A DNA stretch of 64,000 nt from Squalus acanthias (GCA_030390025.1 CM059431.1:119414001-119478000), one strand, 5' to 3'. Counted from the first letter of the stretch, positions 1 to 12,441 are shown. The notes: generated by a model not told the origin, from the sequence alone. Translations and numbers: made by a program.

Positions 1-384
1 TGAGCTGAGAAGGAGGGAAAACAAATAGAAACGCAGAAAGATGAGGAGAAAGAAAACTAAATACAAAAGCTAGAGCTGATTTTAATCTTTTATTAATAAA
101 ACATACCAAATATAAAACAAATGTTTGGATATTAGTGATCTGATTGGTCCATGCAATATGAGATCAATAGTGATGTCTCAAGGCTGCTTCCCCTCTTTTG
201 CTGAGGGAGGTTTTCAATAAGCGTTAATTTAGAAAGTGATGTCCATCTGGACATTGTGTTCTGCCCAAAGGCAAGTCCTAGACTCACACATGAGATTCTT
301 CAGCCACTTACTAGGGAAGAGGAGCTGAGGTGGTTTCCTTTTGCCTTCCTCATGGTTTCTATCTTCTGCTACATAGCCCAGTAT

Positions 385-2518
385 CCCCAGTGTTTCCAGA
401 GCCCAGGACAATTCTCCAGTGTTAGCTATGCCCAGATTCATTCCCAGCATTGCCAATGCCCAGGATCATTCCCCAGTGCCCCCAGTGCCCAGGATCATTC
501 CCCAGTGCTGCCAATGCCCAGGATCATTCCCCAGTAATGCAGAGAAAAACTCAAATAGACTCGGTTGAATAGTACGAAATGGAAATCTTTATTGCATGGC
601 GTCTAAAATCATGAAATACATGTCATAGGCGCAAATCAACGATAGTACAAGTATACATACATTCATAAAGCTTGGTCTGTGGAAATGGAGAACACACGGC
701 ACATCGTAGAAAGGGGAACATATCTTAACCTTATTAAAACACCCTCCCTTAATAATACCTACACTACGTCTAGATTTGTAGGATCGGAAATCATGCTCAC
801 CACTCGTTTAATTTCGGAGATTTTAAAGTGAGGCACTCGGCTCGTTTCACTGCAGCGCCTGACTGTCACGTGTTTGGAAGGGTCTCTGCACCCCACTTGT
901 TTACTTTCGCTGCTGCGAAAAGCAGGCCAGACTCCCTGTTGTCATGAAGAACCCAACGGACCTCAGACACAGTTCAAAGAAGAGTCTTCCTGTGCTCAAT
1001 ACAGGTTGTCGGTAGACTTCAAAGAAAAGTTCTTTATTTATATTTTCGGGGCGCGGTCGGTGCTTACTGACCGTGGCGGCACGTGGATTCTTCTTCTCTT
1101 CTTCTCGTCTCGTCTCGTCTCTTCGGGCCTCCGGGTCCAGACACCGTTTACCGACACTCGTGATGGTGTACCCTGTTACTTGCCCTTGTCGGGGCGGCTC
1201 GTTCCGATTGAGCTCCACCCAACACTTGAATAACCGACCAGTACGGCTAAGAGTCAAGAGTCAGCAAAGTCCAGAGAGAAAATCAAGAGCCCACAAGTCA
1301 AAACGAGTTCATGAAGAGGCAAGCGAATAAGAGCATAAACCCTCAGCAGTCAGCAGCGAGATAAGAGCCAGCCGGGAGAATAAGAGACCGATGGACATTT
1401 GTTCTCTATAGTTATAGTGATGTGTCCTCTTATCTCCCGCTCAAATCTTAATGTTTGTCCTTTGTGTAATATTTGGCGCTCGAAACTCCCAGCATGGGGC
1501 GATTATCTTCTTTAACGGGTTTCGGTAGCACCTGAAACTGGCCAACTATCCGTTAATGTTTTCCCCATTGTTGACCCAGCCAGGATGTGTATGAATCGTC
1601 TCCCTGACTGGTTTTGGGGGCCCCCGAATACCGACTTAATCACCCGTCAATGTCTCTCTCATTGTAGAGCCGGGGGGGTATTTGTGTATTGATGTGTCTG
1701 GATGGGCCTTCGATTGCCCAGTACAATGATCCTTTCTGTGCATAGGAAAACGATTCCAGCACTTATATCTTTGCTATTGTTCCAAATGCAAACGGGTTGC
1801 ATCCTGTCTTTATCAGTGTTTACCGAGTATGATCCAATCTTATACTAAATGTATATTCAACACCATTTTGTCTGCCCACTGTGTCTCTGGAAGCTTCTGC
1901 CATGATGCGCGGTGGCCATTTTACAGGCTTCTGTGTCCTTTATTATAAGGACAGCATTTTGTTTAATAAAGCTGATCACACGAATCTGCTTCTCTTGTGT
2001 TATTTTGAATCGCGATAATTGCGAAAATTTACAGTGCCTCCAATGCCCAGGACCATTCCCCAGTGCTGCTAATGCCCAGGATCATTCCCCAGTGCTCCCA
2101 ATGCCTAGGATCATTCCCCAGTGCCCCCAAGCCCAGGATCATTCCCCAGTGCTGCTAATGCCCAGGATCATTCCCCAGTGCTGCTAATGTCCAGGACCAT
2201 TCCCCAGTGCCCCCAGTGCCCAGGACCATTTCCCAGTGCCCCCATTACCCAGGACCATTCCCCAGTGCCCCCAGTACCCAGGACCATTTCCCAGTGCCCC
2301 CATTACCCAGGACCATTCTCCAGTGCCCCCAATGCCCAGGATTATTTCCCAGTGCTCCCAATGCTCAGGATCATTCCCAGTACTGTCAATGCCCAGGATC
2401 ATTCCCCAGTGCTGCCAGAGCGCAGGTTCATTCCACAGTACTGCCAATGCCCAGGTTCATTCCACAGTACTGCCAATGCCCAGGATCATTCTGCAGTGCC
2501 ACCAATTCCCAGGACTGC
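385..2518 (+). repeat. 29-bp minisatellite (CCAGGATCATTCCCCAGTGCTGCCAATGC-like), split by a solo LTR
   Basis: Tandem units at ~385-531 and 2034-2518. The 29-bp period explains the frame-rotating PRIIPQCCQCPGSFPSAANAQDHSPVL ORFs. Confidence 0.93.
532..2033 (-). mobile_element. Solo LTR, family A (~1.6-kb family), truncated at its U5 end
   Basis: Homologous throughout to 4353-5995 and 26047-27664. Right end ...GCGAAAATTTACA is intact; ~175 bp is missing on the left, joined to the minisatellite at CAGT. Confidence 0.88.
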
Positions 2519-3491
2519 CCCTATTGCTACCAAAGTGCAGAACTGGCCCCCAAGTTCGACTACACCTCATTCCCTCTCTCCAGATTTCTACCTCCAACTG
2601 GTGTATATTGCATACCATCTCGCTGTGATTCTCAGCTTTAGAAATAGTTAGAAATAAAACTTAAATATATAGGTAAATTATTATATATATATATAAAATA
2701 TAACGGCCACTCATTTACAGTTTTCATCGAATAATAAGCAGAGCTTTCAAGTTAACTCAGCAAAGCATCAATAAAAAATAAATGAAATTTCACATTCTGT
2801 CACTGTAAATCAGTGACCCTGATGTTGCCCCTTACATGGTATAAATACACCTATTTTTGTAAAACAGTGAATCCAATGACTCACCATGAGCAATGTTGTG
2901 GGAGATCTACCAGTAAAATATAAATGTCACACATACTTACTGCAGTGCCACGACTGGCAGGTTGGTGTGATTACAGAGTGACATGTATATATAGATAATT
3001 TCCCAAATAAATGTGGATATTGGAATTTTGAATGGGAATATAAAAATAAGGGCAGAAAGCATTACTTTAAAATTGGACTGAATTCTGTCTGCATTCCTTG
3101 TCCAATTAACACACTGGCTCTAATCTGGCTCAACCTGAAGACTACAGTTGGTCTTGACTCCTCATTTTTAACGCCCTGGGCGATCAACTAAGATATATTA
3201 TCTAGACTTGGAAGTAGAGGAGTGATTAGATATCAAACTGGATGGAGCAGCAAAGTGCTAGGAAGAGTGCAAGATACTACAGGAGGACACAAATAGGCTA
3301 GGAGAAAGAGAAGATAAGTAACAGATGCAGTTTTGTATGGAAAATAGGAGGAAAAATATGAGAATAAGAATAAAGAATAAAGTAATGTACCTTAAATGAT
3401 ACATTTCACAATCATTTTACAATCATTGGAGCAGCAAAGTGATGAGATTTTGGGTTAATATCCGAATAGGTTGAATATAAAAGTAAAAAGG

Positions 3492-6326
3492 TGTAAGCTG
3501 TTTTGATCCTAGCCCAATTGCTAGACGGACGGTCCGAATCGCCCCCGCCTTACGAAAGTTCTATACCCTGGAATTATTATTCAGAGTGTAAATGAAATAA
3601 GTCACGGACAGGAATGCTTCGGTGAAAAATCAAACTTATATTTATTTGGTCTAACATACACTGGCTAAAACATGCACTACTAAACAAAATCACTGTCTCT
3701 GTGGAGAATAAGATCCAGGTTACAAACAACATACATACAGTACACAACTGGGGACTATAACATGCAGTAATTCCCTTGTTGCTATGGTGGACTCTAACTC
3801 CACCCCTACCAATGAATTACCCAGTCGCATAAGCCCCTTCGCCTAGCTGAACCAAACAAAGCTTCCACCCCGGAATAGCTCAAAAAACTTCACTTCTGAG
3901 AAAATATCCGGCTTGGGACACTCGAGACCATGCTTACCATCACACACAGTCGGTCTCGATCACTCCGCTCAGCTGTGGGAAGTCACTGCCTGGAGGCCGT
4001 TCCCTGTGAGGGGTATGCGGTTCTCAGTCTCAGCGGCTTCTTCCTCTGGTACTTCTTCTTGTTAGGTCGATCTTGGTGGAGCGAGAGCGAGAGAGAGAGA
4101 GAATGGTGGAAAAGGATTTAACTTTATAGGAGTCTTGCTACCCCTATCTTTCCCGCCAATCTTTAAAATCTTTTGTTTCTAAGCACTCCGGTGCTTAGTC
4201 AGTGATGGGCCATCATCAGACCCATGAGTATTCCGTGATTGGACTAATGGCCTTAAATCTGGGACATATCTCGGTCTTTGTGTTGGGAAAAACTGGCTCC
4301 TCTTTAGCTGGCTAGGCTAGTGGGTTCATTGTTCTGCTTCTCTTCTGAGATCTGTAGAGTTTCGCAATTATCGCGATTCAAATAATATGAGAGAAGCAGG
4401 TTCAATTGATCATTTTTATTAAACGGAATGCTGTCCTGATAATAAAGGACACAGAAGCCTGTAAAATGACCACCGCGCATCGTGGCAGAAGCTTCCAGAG
4501 ACACAGTTGGCAGACAAGATGGCGTCGAATATACATTCAGTATGAGATCATACTCGGTACACATTGAAAAGACAGGATGCAACCCGTTTGCATTTTGGAC
4601 AATAGCAATGATATAAGTGCTTGAATCGTTTCATACGCACAGTAAGAATCATTGAACTGAGCCATCGAAAACCCATCCAGACACATCAATACACAAATAC
4701 CCCCCCGGCTCAACAATGAGAGAGACATTGGCGGGTGATTAAGCCAGTATTCGGGGGGCCCCCAAAACCAGTCGAGGAGATGATTCAAACCCGCCCTGGC
4801 TGGCTCAACAATGGAGAAGACATTAACGGATAGTTGGCCAGTTTCGGGTGATACCGAAACCCGTTAAGAAGATAATCGCCCCATGCTGGGAGTTTTGGGC
4901 TCCAAAATCACACAAAGAATAAACGTTTAGATTTGAGCGGGAGATAAGGCCGACAAGGCAGTATAACTATAGGGAACAAATGTCCATCGCTCTCTTGACT
5001 CTTGGCTCTGGACTCTCCGCTGGTCTCTTCTCTCGCGCACTGGTTCCTTCGGCGGGGCTGTTCTGGTCGGTTATTCGAGTGTTGGGTGGAGCTCAATCGG
5101 AACGAGCCGCCTCGACAGGGCAGGTAACAGGGTACACCATCCCGAGCGTCGGTTAACGGTGTCCGGACCCGGAGGCCCGAGTAACAAGAAGCAAGACGAG
5201 AAGAAATTCCACGTGCCGCCGCGGTCAGTAAACCCCGACCGCGCCCGAAGATATAACGACAGAATCCATCTTTGAATTCTACAGGCTACTGCATGAACTG
5301 GTTTCTTTGAATTCTACGGACTACTTCACGATCCGGTCTGAACCCATAGACCACTTCATGACATCAGGGTGTCTGGCTTACCCTCCGGCTCTTTGAGCGG
5401 TTAGCCTGAGCCTTCCGCACCGAACTTTACCGGGGCCGTCTCCAGTGGACCCATTCGCGGCAGCGAGAGTAAACAAGTCGGGGGCAGAAACCCTTACAGC
5501 CACGTGACAGCCAGGCGCTGCAGCGAAACGAGCTGAGAGCCTCATTTTAGATTTCCGAAGTGAGCCGAGTGGTGAGCATGTTTTCCGATCCTACAAATCC
5601 AGACGTAGTTTAGGTATATTAAGGGAGGGTGGTTTCTAAGGTTAATGTATAATGTGTTCCCCCTTTTACGATGTGTCATGTGTTCCCCATTTCCATAGAC
5701 CAAGTTTTATGAACGTGTGTAAACTGGTACTCTCTTTGATCTGCGCCTATGACATGTATTTCATGATTTTAGATGCCATGCAATAAAGACATTCATTTCG
5801 TGCTATTCAACCGGGTCTATTTGAGTCTTTTCTCTGCATTACTGCTCCTTGCATCTAAGTCCAGGTGTCAGAACCGTAAGGGCGAGTGGGTCGAACCACT
5901 CACAGGTGCTTATTGCAAAAGTCTGGCCAGAGACCAGAGCAAGCAATAGTATAGGCAACAAAAGCCTCACCTCGCACCAGTCCGTGACCCTTACAGATGG
6001 AGGTGAGAAGTGCTTTTGCATATTAGAGTGGCTTTCTAATAGGTTCAAGTTAACGGGTGCCTCAGGGTCCTCAGCCCCTTCGTCAATGGGCCCCCCCCTT
6101 CCTTTTTCCAGGACTGTCGGGCGAACCCATATATGCTGGCTGACTGACAGTTCTTTTGTCACAGACAACTGCCATGCGTTCTCTGGAGTTTTAACAAACC
6201 AGTTTTTCACGTATCTGCACAGGGCGATCCCATCACAGGGAATATACCCTCAGAAAAATCCCATAAAGTCCACAAAATATTCTCGACTGAGTCCATTCTT
6301 CAAACAGAGACTTTGCGATCTCTTCA
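3492..6326 (-). mobile_element. Solo LTR, family B (~1.19 kb without the nested LTR)
   Basis: TG...CA ends; AAGG TSD at 3488-3491 and 6327-6330; empty site in copy B (~21440-21450). Minus-strand CCAAT (4237-4242), TATAAA (4123-4128) and AATAAA (3641-3646) in U3-R-U5 order. Confidence 0.88.
4353..5995 (+). mobile_element. Solo LTR, family A (1643 bp), nested in the family B LTR
   Basis: TGTAGAG...CCCTTACA ends; TSD GATC/GATG; TATAA at 4962 and an AATAAA at 5782 conserved in all three family copies. Confidence 0.9.
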
Positions 6327-6711
6327 AAGGTCATGTTGATTTTGTGTACAGTGATGATTAGGTCACATCTGGATTGCTGTATGTTGTTCTGGGCTCTTAA
6401 ATATGGGAGTGATATAATATGGAGAAAGTGCAAGACCGATCTACCAGCATGATACTGGACAGAAAGGACCTGAGTTAAAATAGAAAGCTAAAGCGATAAC
6501 GGTTGTGAGGATAAATTATCAAGGCTGCAACCCACTGTTTAATTATCATATGCTCCCATTGCCAAGGTTTTTCAATATGGACTGACTGCATGTAATGCCT
6601 TGCAAAAGTTACTCTGTGCTCTAAAACTGAGAAGATTGAGCAAGTATTTGATAGAGGTGTTCAAAATAATAAAAGGGATGACATGGTAAACAGAGATAAA
6701 TTATTTCCATT

Positions 6712-7146
6712 GGTAGGTAAATTGGGCGGACGCCTAAAACAGGTTTTAGGCCCCTTAAATCGGAAAATTAGGAGTTGTACGCAGTGCCCCGCTCGCGCCT
6801 TGGCCGCATCCTTGAGTTGCGCCCCCTGACCTATTGCCGGGCGTTTTTGCATCCGTGGTGGCGCTACTTAAAGGGCAGGCGTCAGGTGGCCATTTTCTTT
6901 TGGCCAACTGCCAGCACCTGCCCCGTTCCCCTTTTTTCTTCGGGGTGCCAGCCGCGATCGCTCAGCCCGGCACTGCTCTTGAGTGCCGGGGCTGTTTTCC
7001 CGGCACCCCGCTCCCCAGTGGTCCAGCAGGGCCCTGGTACGCACAGCACTAGGCCATTCCCCTTGGGGCGCTACTACTGAGTATACGGCGCAGGGGTGCT
7101 AACTCTTCCGAGGCACTAACATTAGCGCGCCACCAAATTTTTCCTC
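6712..7146. mobile_element. Harbinger-type MITE
   Basis: Degenerate TIRs (GGTAGGTAAATTGG / CCAAATTTTTCCTC); GC-rich body similar to 34112-34749; left end shared with ~21832. Confidence 0.7.
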
Positions 7147-8470
7147 TATAGTCTATAAAAACGTACTAAATATTATGAAAACAAAAAGTGAAGGTGTGCT
7201 GCTTTTCAGTGAAAACATGTGATACCCCATCCTATGCAGAAGAAGCATACTGATAGTCAGCTATCTTCAGCTTTTTTCACAGTTTAGAGGCATCACTGTG
7301 AGCTCAGCAAATAATTTCTCTTTTGAAGTATGGGGGCGGATTCATTGAAGTAGAATTTTACAAAATAAAGGATCCATTAAAAAAGCTACAAGCCAATTAA
7401 CTAGCTTGAAAGAACACTGATAAAATCAGTCTGCAATGATGCAAGGTGCCATTTTCGGAGTGTACACTAAATTGAGCAACAGTAACTCCTACACCTGGAG
7501 CAGAGTATGTCTAATATATCTTACGAGATTTGCTGTGGTGTTGTTCACAGGTAGTCTTGGACCTGGAGCACAGTTTATGATGTTTAGATGCTAACATGGC
7601 CTGCCTGGAGTTTCAGTACATGGAAGCGGGGTCACAGACAGAAGTGTACAATCTGCATTCATACCCAGTGAGACTCCACACCAGGAGCAGAGCCTGGCCA
7701 TGTGACCATGTAAGCCCCTGAGAGGGAGGGGCTTGGGCTGCTTTGTGACATTGTTCCTGGCTGCTGTGTGATTGGTCCTTTATGATGTCACCTGGAGACA
7801 TGTTTATGCCCCTGGTTACATATCATCAGTGGAGTTACTGTGGGGGGAGCTGGAGGTGGCAGCTGACACTGTGAGTGACTTTAATCCATATAAATAGAAG
7901 AAAGAAAAGAACAATGTAAGTAAGTAATACAACTAAAAGTCATTAATTACAAATATATTGCACTTAAATGTAATCATAGTCACAAAAATGGTCCCACTGA
8001 ATTCCAGTCACAGATATTAGAATTAACATTAATCACTTTTATATTAAAACGTTCTTAGAGAGAATGGTATCTCAGGTAGATGGAGAGACAGAAGTTGAAT
8101 AATCACCACACTGACTGGGACTTGAGAAATGTTGCTGGGTTCACAGAACAGATCTGGTGGGACCAAGACCCTCAGTTTCAAAGACGGGATGAAACAAGAA
8201 GCTTCAGCAAAGATTGTAAAGGTGAGGAACTTTACTGAGGTTCCCATCAGTCCAGGTTTTTGCTGAGGTGAGAGTCCAACCAACTACTGCGAGCTCCTTT
8301 GATAGATGCCATAAGGCTCGGCCTTTGATGCGACAAGTTGAATGGAGCTTAACTCGTGTGTAAAGCTAGCCCATACCACACCTGGGAGTACTTGACACTT
8401 ATATGTAGAGGGATTTTTAATTTGTATGCTTACCTTGATGTACATGAGCTGGTGTGCTTCATTGTATAGT

Positions 8471-8564
8471 ATTCCTTCACTTCACCTGACGAAGGGGCAG
8501 CAGCTCCGAAAGCTTGTGATTTCAAATAAAACTGTTGGACTATAACATGGTGTTGTGCAACTCA
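8471..8564 (+). mobile_element. 94-bp 3' end of a Penelope-like element (family 1)
   Basis: Matches the ends of 11232-11813 and 51485-53199; 12-bp TSD TCATTGTATAGT (8459-8470, 8565-8576). Confidence 0.88.
8482..8519 (+). ncRNA. Minimal type I hammerhead ribozyme
   Basis: TCAC-CTGACGA-A-GGGGC(agca)GCTCC-GAAA-GC-TT-GTGA: both core boxes, helix I TCAC/GTGA, helix II, palindromic AAGCTT helix III. Confidence 0.8.
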
Positions 8565-11231
8565 TCATTGTATAGTGTAAGAGAGTTTGTATGCTGCATT
8601 TAATACATGCTGTATCTGAGTTGGCTGTGCAATTTAGAGAGAGCTTTGCTATATATCTAATTCATGCTGTATGTCGCCTGGGAGTGTTTGATGGGACAGT
8701 TGAGGGGGAGCTTTAACCTGTATCTAATCCATGCTGTACCTGTCTGGACGTGTTTGATGGGATAGTTTAGATGGAGCTTTACTCTCTATCTAATCCGTGC
8801 TGTACTTGCTCTGGGAGTGTTTGATGGGACTGTCCAGCACTATTGTCATTATGATCCCTGCAAGGGTTCGCAGACAGAACCGATTGTATAACTTGCATCC
8901 GTGCCCAGTGAGACAGTCCACCAGGAGCAGAGCCTGGCCATGTGACCATGTAATATCTCAAGTGGGGGCGGGGGGGATGGCTTGGGCTGCTTTGTGACAT
9001 TGTTCCTGGCTGCTGTGTGATTGGCTCTTGGCTCCTTTGTGATGTCACCTGGAGACAGATTCACACCCCTGGTTACCTATCATCAGTGGAGTTACTGTGG
9101 GAGGAGCTGGAGTTGGCAGCTGACACTGTGAGTGACTTTAGTCCATATAAATAGGGGAAAGGAAAGAAGAGAATCATTTAATAATAAAGTAAGTAATTCA
9201 ACTAAATGCCATTGATTACAAATATATTCAAATTTAATATAATCAGTCACAAAAATAGTCCCACTGTATTGAAGTTACAGATCCTAGAATTAATATTAAT
9301 CACATTTATATTAAAAGATTCTTGGAGTGAGCAGTATCTCAGGAAGGTGCAGAGAGAAGCTGAATTATCAGCACACTAATTGGGTCTTGAGAAAGGTTGC
9401 TGGGTTCACAGAGCAGATCTGGTGGGACCAAGACCCCCGCTTTCGAAGACGGGATGAAACAGCTGCTTCAACAATGATTGGAAAAGTGAGGAACTTTCCT
9501 GAGCGCCATCAGTCCAGGATTTTGCTGAGGTGAATGTCTAATAAGTTACTGCGTGCTCCTTTGACAGATGCCATAAGGCTTGGCCTTTGATGAGACAAGT
9601 TGACTGGAGCTTAACACGTGTGTAAAACTCACTTGAGAGTGCTTGAAACTTGCACGTAGAGGGATTTTTATTCTGTATTCATCCCATGCTGTAACTGAGC
9701 TGGTGTGCTACATTGGGTAGTGTCAGAGGGGCTGTGCACTGCATTTAACACATGCTGTATCTGAGTTGGCTGTGTTTGATGAACCAATTTAGAGAGCTTT
9801 ACACTGCATCCAACTTGTGCTGTACGTGGCCTGGGATTATTTTATGGGACGGCTGAGAGTGAGCTTTACTCTGTATCTAACCCGTGCTGTACCTGGCCTT
9901 GGGAATGTTTGATGGTACTGAGTAGAAGGAGCTTTAGCTCATTATTGCTCATGATGCCAACCTGTATTATTGCTCCGATGGTCCCACCCTTTGATATCCC
10001 TAATGGTACCCCTGATTATCACTATTTACACCCCTTCCTGTTACAGGGAATATACTGGTTTCAGAGCTCATAGAAGGTTGCAATATCCCTGTCTCATCCC
10101 ATACACCATTCCCTCACTGCCAGAGCAGGAGGGAGACATACTGCCTGATATAAGAGAGGGTGGAATTTGTGGTGTGTAAAGCAAGAGGTAGACCTGGGGG
10201 CCATTGAATAGCGGGATCATACATTTGAAGGATGGGAGGGAGAATTTATGAGGTAATTTTAGGAGTCTGTGCTCGTTACTGGTGTCTCAGTACATGGGAC
10301 TGGAGTTGGAGATTGGACTGATTGTACAACCTGTGTTCATGTCCAGTGAGACTGCACACCAGGAGCAGAGCCTGGTCATGTGATCATGTAATTCCGTGAG
10401 TGGGTGGGGCTTGGGCTGCATTGTGACATAGTTCCTGGCTGCTGTTTGATTGACTCCTGGGGACAGGTTTACACCCCTGGTTATGCACCATCAGTGGAGC
10501 TACTGTGGGAGGAGTTTAGTCCATAAAATAGGGGAAAGAAAAGAACAATACAATACACTAAGTAATACAACCAAATATAATTAATTACAAATATATTCAA
10601 ATTAAATGTAATCATAGTCACAAAAATAGTCCTATTGTATTCTTGTTACAGATTCTAGAATTAACATTAATTTTATATTAAAAGTTTCTTGGAGTGAACA
10701 GTATCTCAGGAATGTGGAGGGAGAGAAGTCAAATCATCACACTAACTGGGACTGGAGAAATTTCACTGGGTTCACAGAGCAGATCTGGTGGGACCAAGTC
10801 CCCCAGTTTCAAAGACGGGATAAAAAAGAAGCTTCAGCAATGATTGTAAAGGTGAGGAACTTTAATAAGATTCACATCATTCCAGGATTTTGCCAAAGTG
10901 AGAGTCTAACCAGCTACTGGGAGTTTCTTCGACAGATGCCATGAGGCTCGGCCTTTGATGCGTCAAATTCAACAGAGCTTAACTCTTATGCAAAGCTACC
11001 CCGTACCTCACCTGGGAGTGCTTGACACTTATATGTAGAGTGATTTTTATTCTGTAGTCATCCCATGCCCTACCTGAGCTGGTGTGCTTCACTGGGGTAG
11101 TGTCAAGGGAGCTGTATGCTGCATTGCACATGCTGTATCTGAGTTTGATACAACAATTTAGAGGAAGCTTTATTCTTTATCTAACCCGTGCTGTATCTGA
11201 CCTGGAAGTGTTTGGTATGACAGTATAGAAG

Positions 11232-11813
11232 ACAGACATTCAGCCTCGGATCTGCGGGTAAGCGTTCTCCAAGGCAACCTTAGAAACACACGACAACGCA
11301 AAATCATCGAGCAGAAACTGATAGCCAAGTTCCGCACTCATGAAGACGGTCTCAATCGGGATCTTGGGTTTATGTCACGATACATGACGTGATCCGGACT
11401 CGAGTCGTCGTTAGCTTGTTCACAGATGTGATTCCCAGTAAAAAAGTAAAAATTTTCCCAGTAAAAAAGTAAAAAAATGTTAAAGCTTTTCGTTTTACAT
11501 ACAGACGGCAGCTTTTGACACGTTAGAACCCCTGCGACTACACCTCATTGTCTCAGTTGTATCTTGCTATGTCTTTGATGTGGTACCTTCCTGGCTGACT
11601 TAATTAACTTTATCACACCTCGGCAGATAGTCAGGATGATTTAATTTATTGGTCTGCAATTGTAAAGTACACATGCTTTGTTTTCTATCTATATATGCTT
11701 TGGCGATTCTGTATCTAATTTACTTCACCTGAGGAAGGAGCAATCGAATAGCTCCGAAAGCTTGTGATTTCAAATAAAACTGTTGGACTATAACCTGGTG
11801 TTGTGCGACCTCT
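11232..11813 (+). mobile_element. 5'-truncated Penelope-like element (family 1)
   Basis: Encodes the GIY-YIG C-terminus (..RKIIEQKLIAKFRTHEDGLNRDLGFMSRY); 11-bp TSD CAGTATAGAAG (11221-11231, 11814-11824). Confidence 0.9.
11725..11767 (+). ncRNA. Minimal type I hammerhead ribozyme
   Basis: TCAC-CTGAGGA-A-GGAGC(aatcgaata)GCTCC-GAAA-GC-TT-GTGA. Confidence 0.8.
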
Positions 11814-12303
11814 CAGTATAGAAGGAGCCTAACTCTGTATCTAACTTGTGCTTTACCGGCCCTGGGAGTGTTTGATGGGACAGTGTAGAGGGAGATTTAC
11901 TCTTTATCTAACTGAGACTGACTGATACCTTCATTGAACTTTTCTTTCACAAACCCAGCACTGGGCTGAAATCAGATACATTCCGCACACTCACAGAAAT
12001 CAGCACGAGAGCATGAAACATCCCATTCACAGGACCTGACCCTGGGATGGTGCAGCACTAACTCTTGGGAACATAAGCAACCTCTAGAGATGAGCCCCTG
12101 TCTGCTCCCATTCTGCTTTATCCTTTTCTTGTGGTTACAGTTGGCATATTGTGTTTGTGTGACATCAAGCCTAAGGAATTGTCCAACTTTGATCTCTTCA
12201 CTTCTTTTATTTCAACTCACCTTTGATGACCGGGACTGTCCTTCAGATGTCACGCATTTCCTGACAGCGCATTTCCAGGAATGTAAAAAAGACAAGAGAG
12301 TGA

Positions 12304-12441
12304 TGCCAAAGAGGTAGGACATGTGCAGTCACACTCCTCAACATCCATCTTGCCCACACCTGTTGCTGTGCTGTGGCAGATCGAGAAATGTTGGAGTTCC
12401 CCTGCGGATGGAAAGAAAAGAAACTCTGCTGCAAAAGATAG
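12304..12441 (+). pseudogene. Possible cysteine-rich, beta-defensin-like peptide remnant
   Basis: Frame reads CQRGRTCAVTLLNIHLAHTCCCAVADREMLEFPCGWKEKKLCCKR* (8 Cys); AATAAA at 12513; in-frame TGAs upstream. Confidence 0.25.

Larger units (their letters stand above)
3050..6710 (+). mobile_element. Old degenerate CR1-like LINE fragment (RT to 3' region), interrupted by nested LTRs at 3492-6326
   Basis: Decayed RT-type sequence resembling the young CR1 at 43819-44992; paralog at ~20820-21830. Confidence 0.65.
1..7603 (+). repeat. Segmental duplication, copy A (continues upstream of the window)
   Basis: Colinear blocks match copy B: 1-110~15447-15557, 135-430~16093-16410, 2510-2920~17725-18135, 2930-3490~20690-21447, 6327-6773~21445-21890, 7147-7220~34025-34111, 7220-7603~34750-35155. 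Confidence 0.92.
7605..11915 (+). repeat. Three tandem ~1.1-1.25-kb cassettes (7605-8836, ~8862-9940, ~10279-11915), each ending in ~67-bp satellite units
   Basis: Shared blocks CCAGGAGCAGAGCCTGG...CATCAGTGGAG, an AT-rich spacer, and CAGATCTGGTGGGACCAAG...GGCCTTTGATG, followed by CTTTACTCTGTATCTAACCCGTGCTGTACC...GGGAGTGTTTGATGGGACAG units. Confidence 0.92.

Noticed and set aside
532..5995. The two family A LTRs as ends of one provirus
   Set aside because: They are in opposite orientation, have different flanks, and have no gag/pol between them.
7770..7800. MHC class II S-X-Y promoter module
   Set aside because: X-like, CRE-like and CCAAT elements are not in the canonical order, orientation or spacing.
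7860..8295. V(D)J recombination signals (CACTGTG at ~7867; GGTTTTTGC at ~8255)
   Set aside because: No nonamer at 12 or 22/23 bp from the heptamer; the other candidate heptamer is TACTGCG; no V or J coding motifs nearby.
9327..10944. GFTEQIWWDQ ORFs in the triplicated cassette as a protein family
   Set aside because: Stops and frameshifts differ between the three copies; the similarity is explained by nucleotide identity alone.
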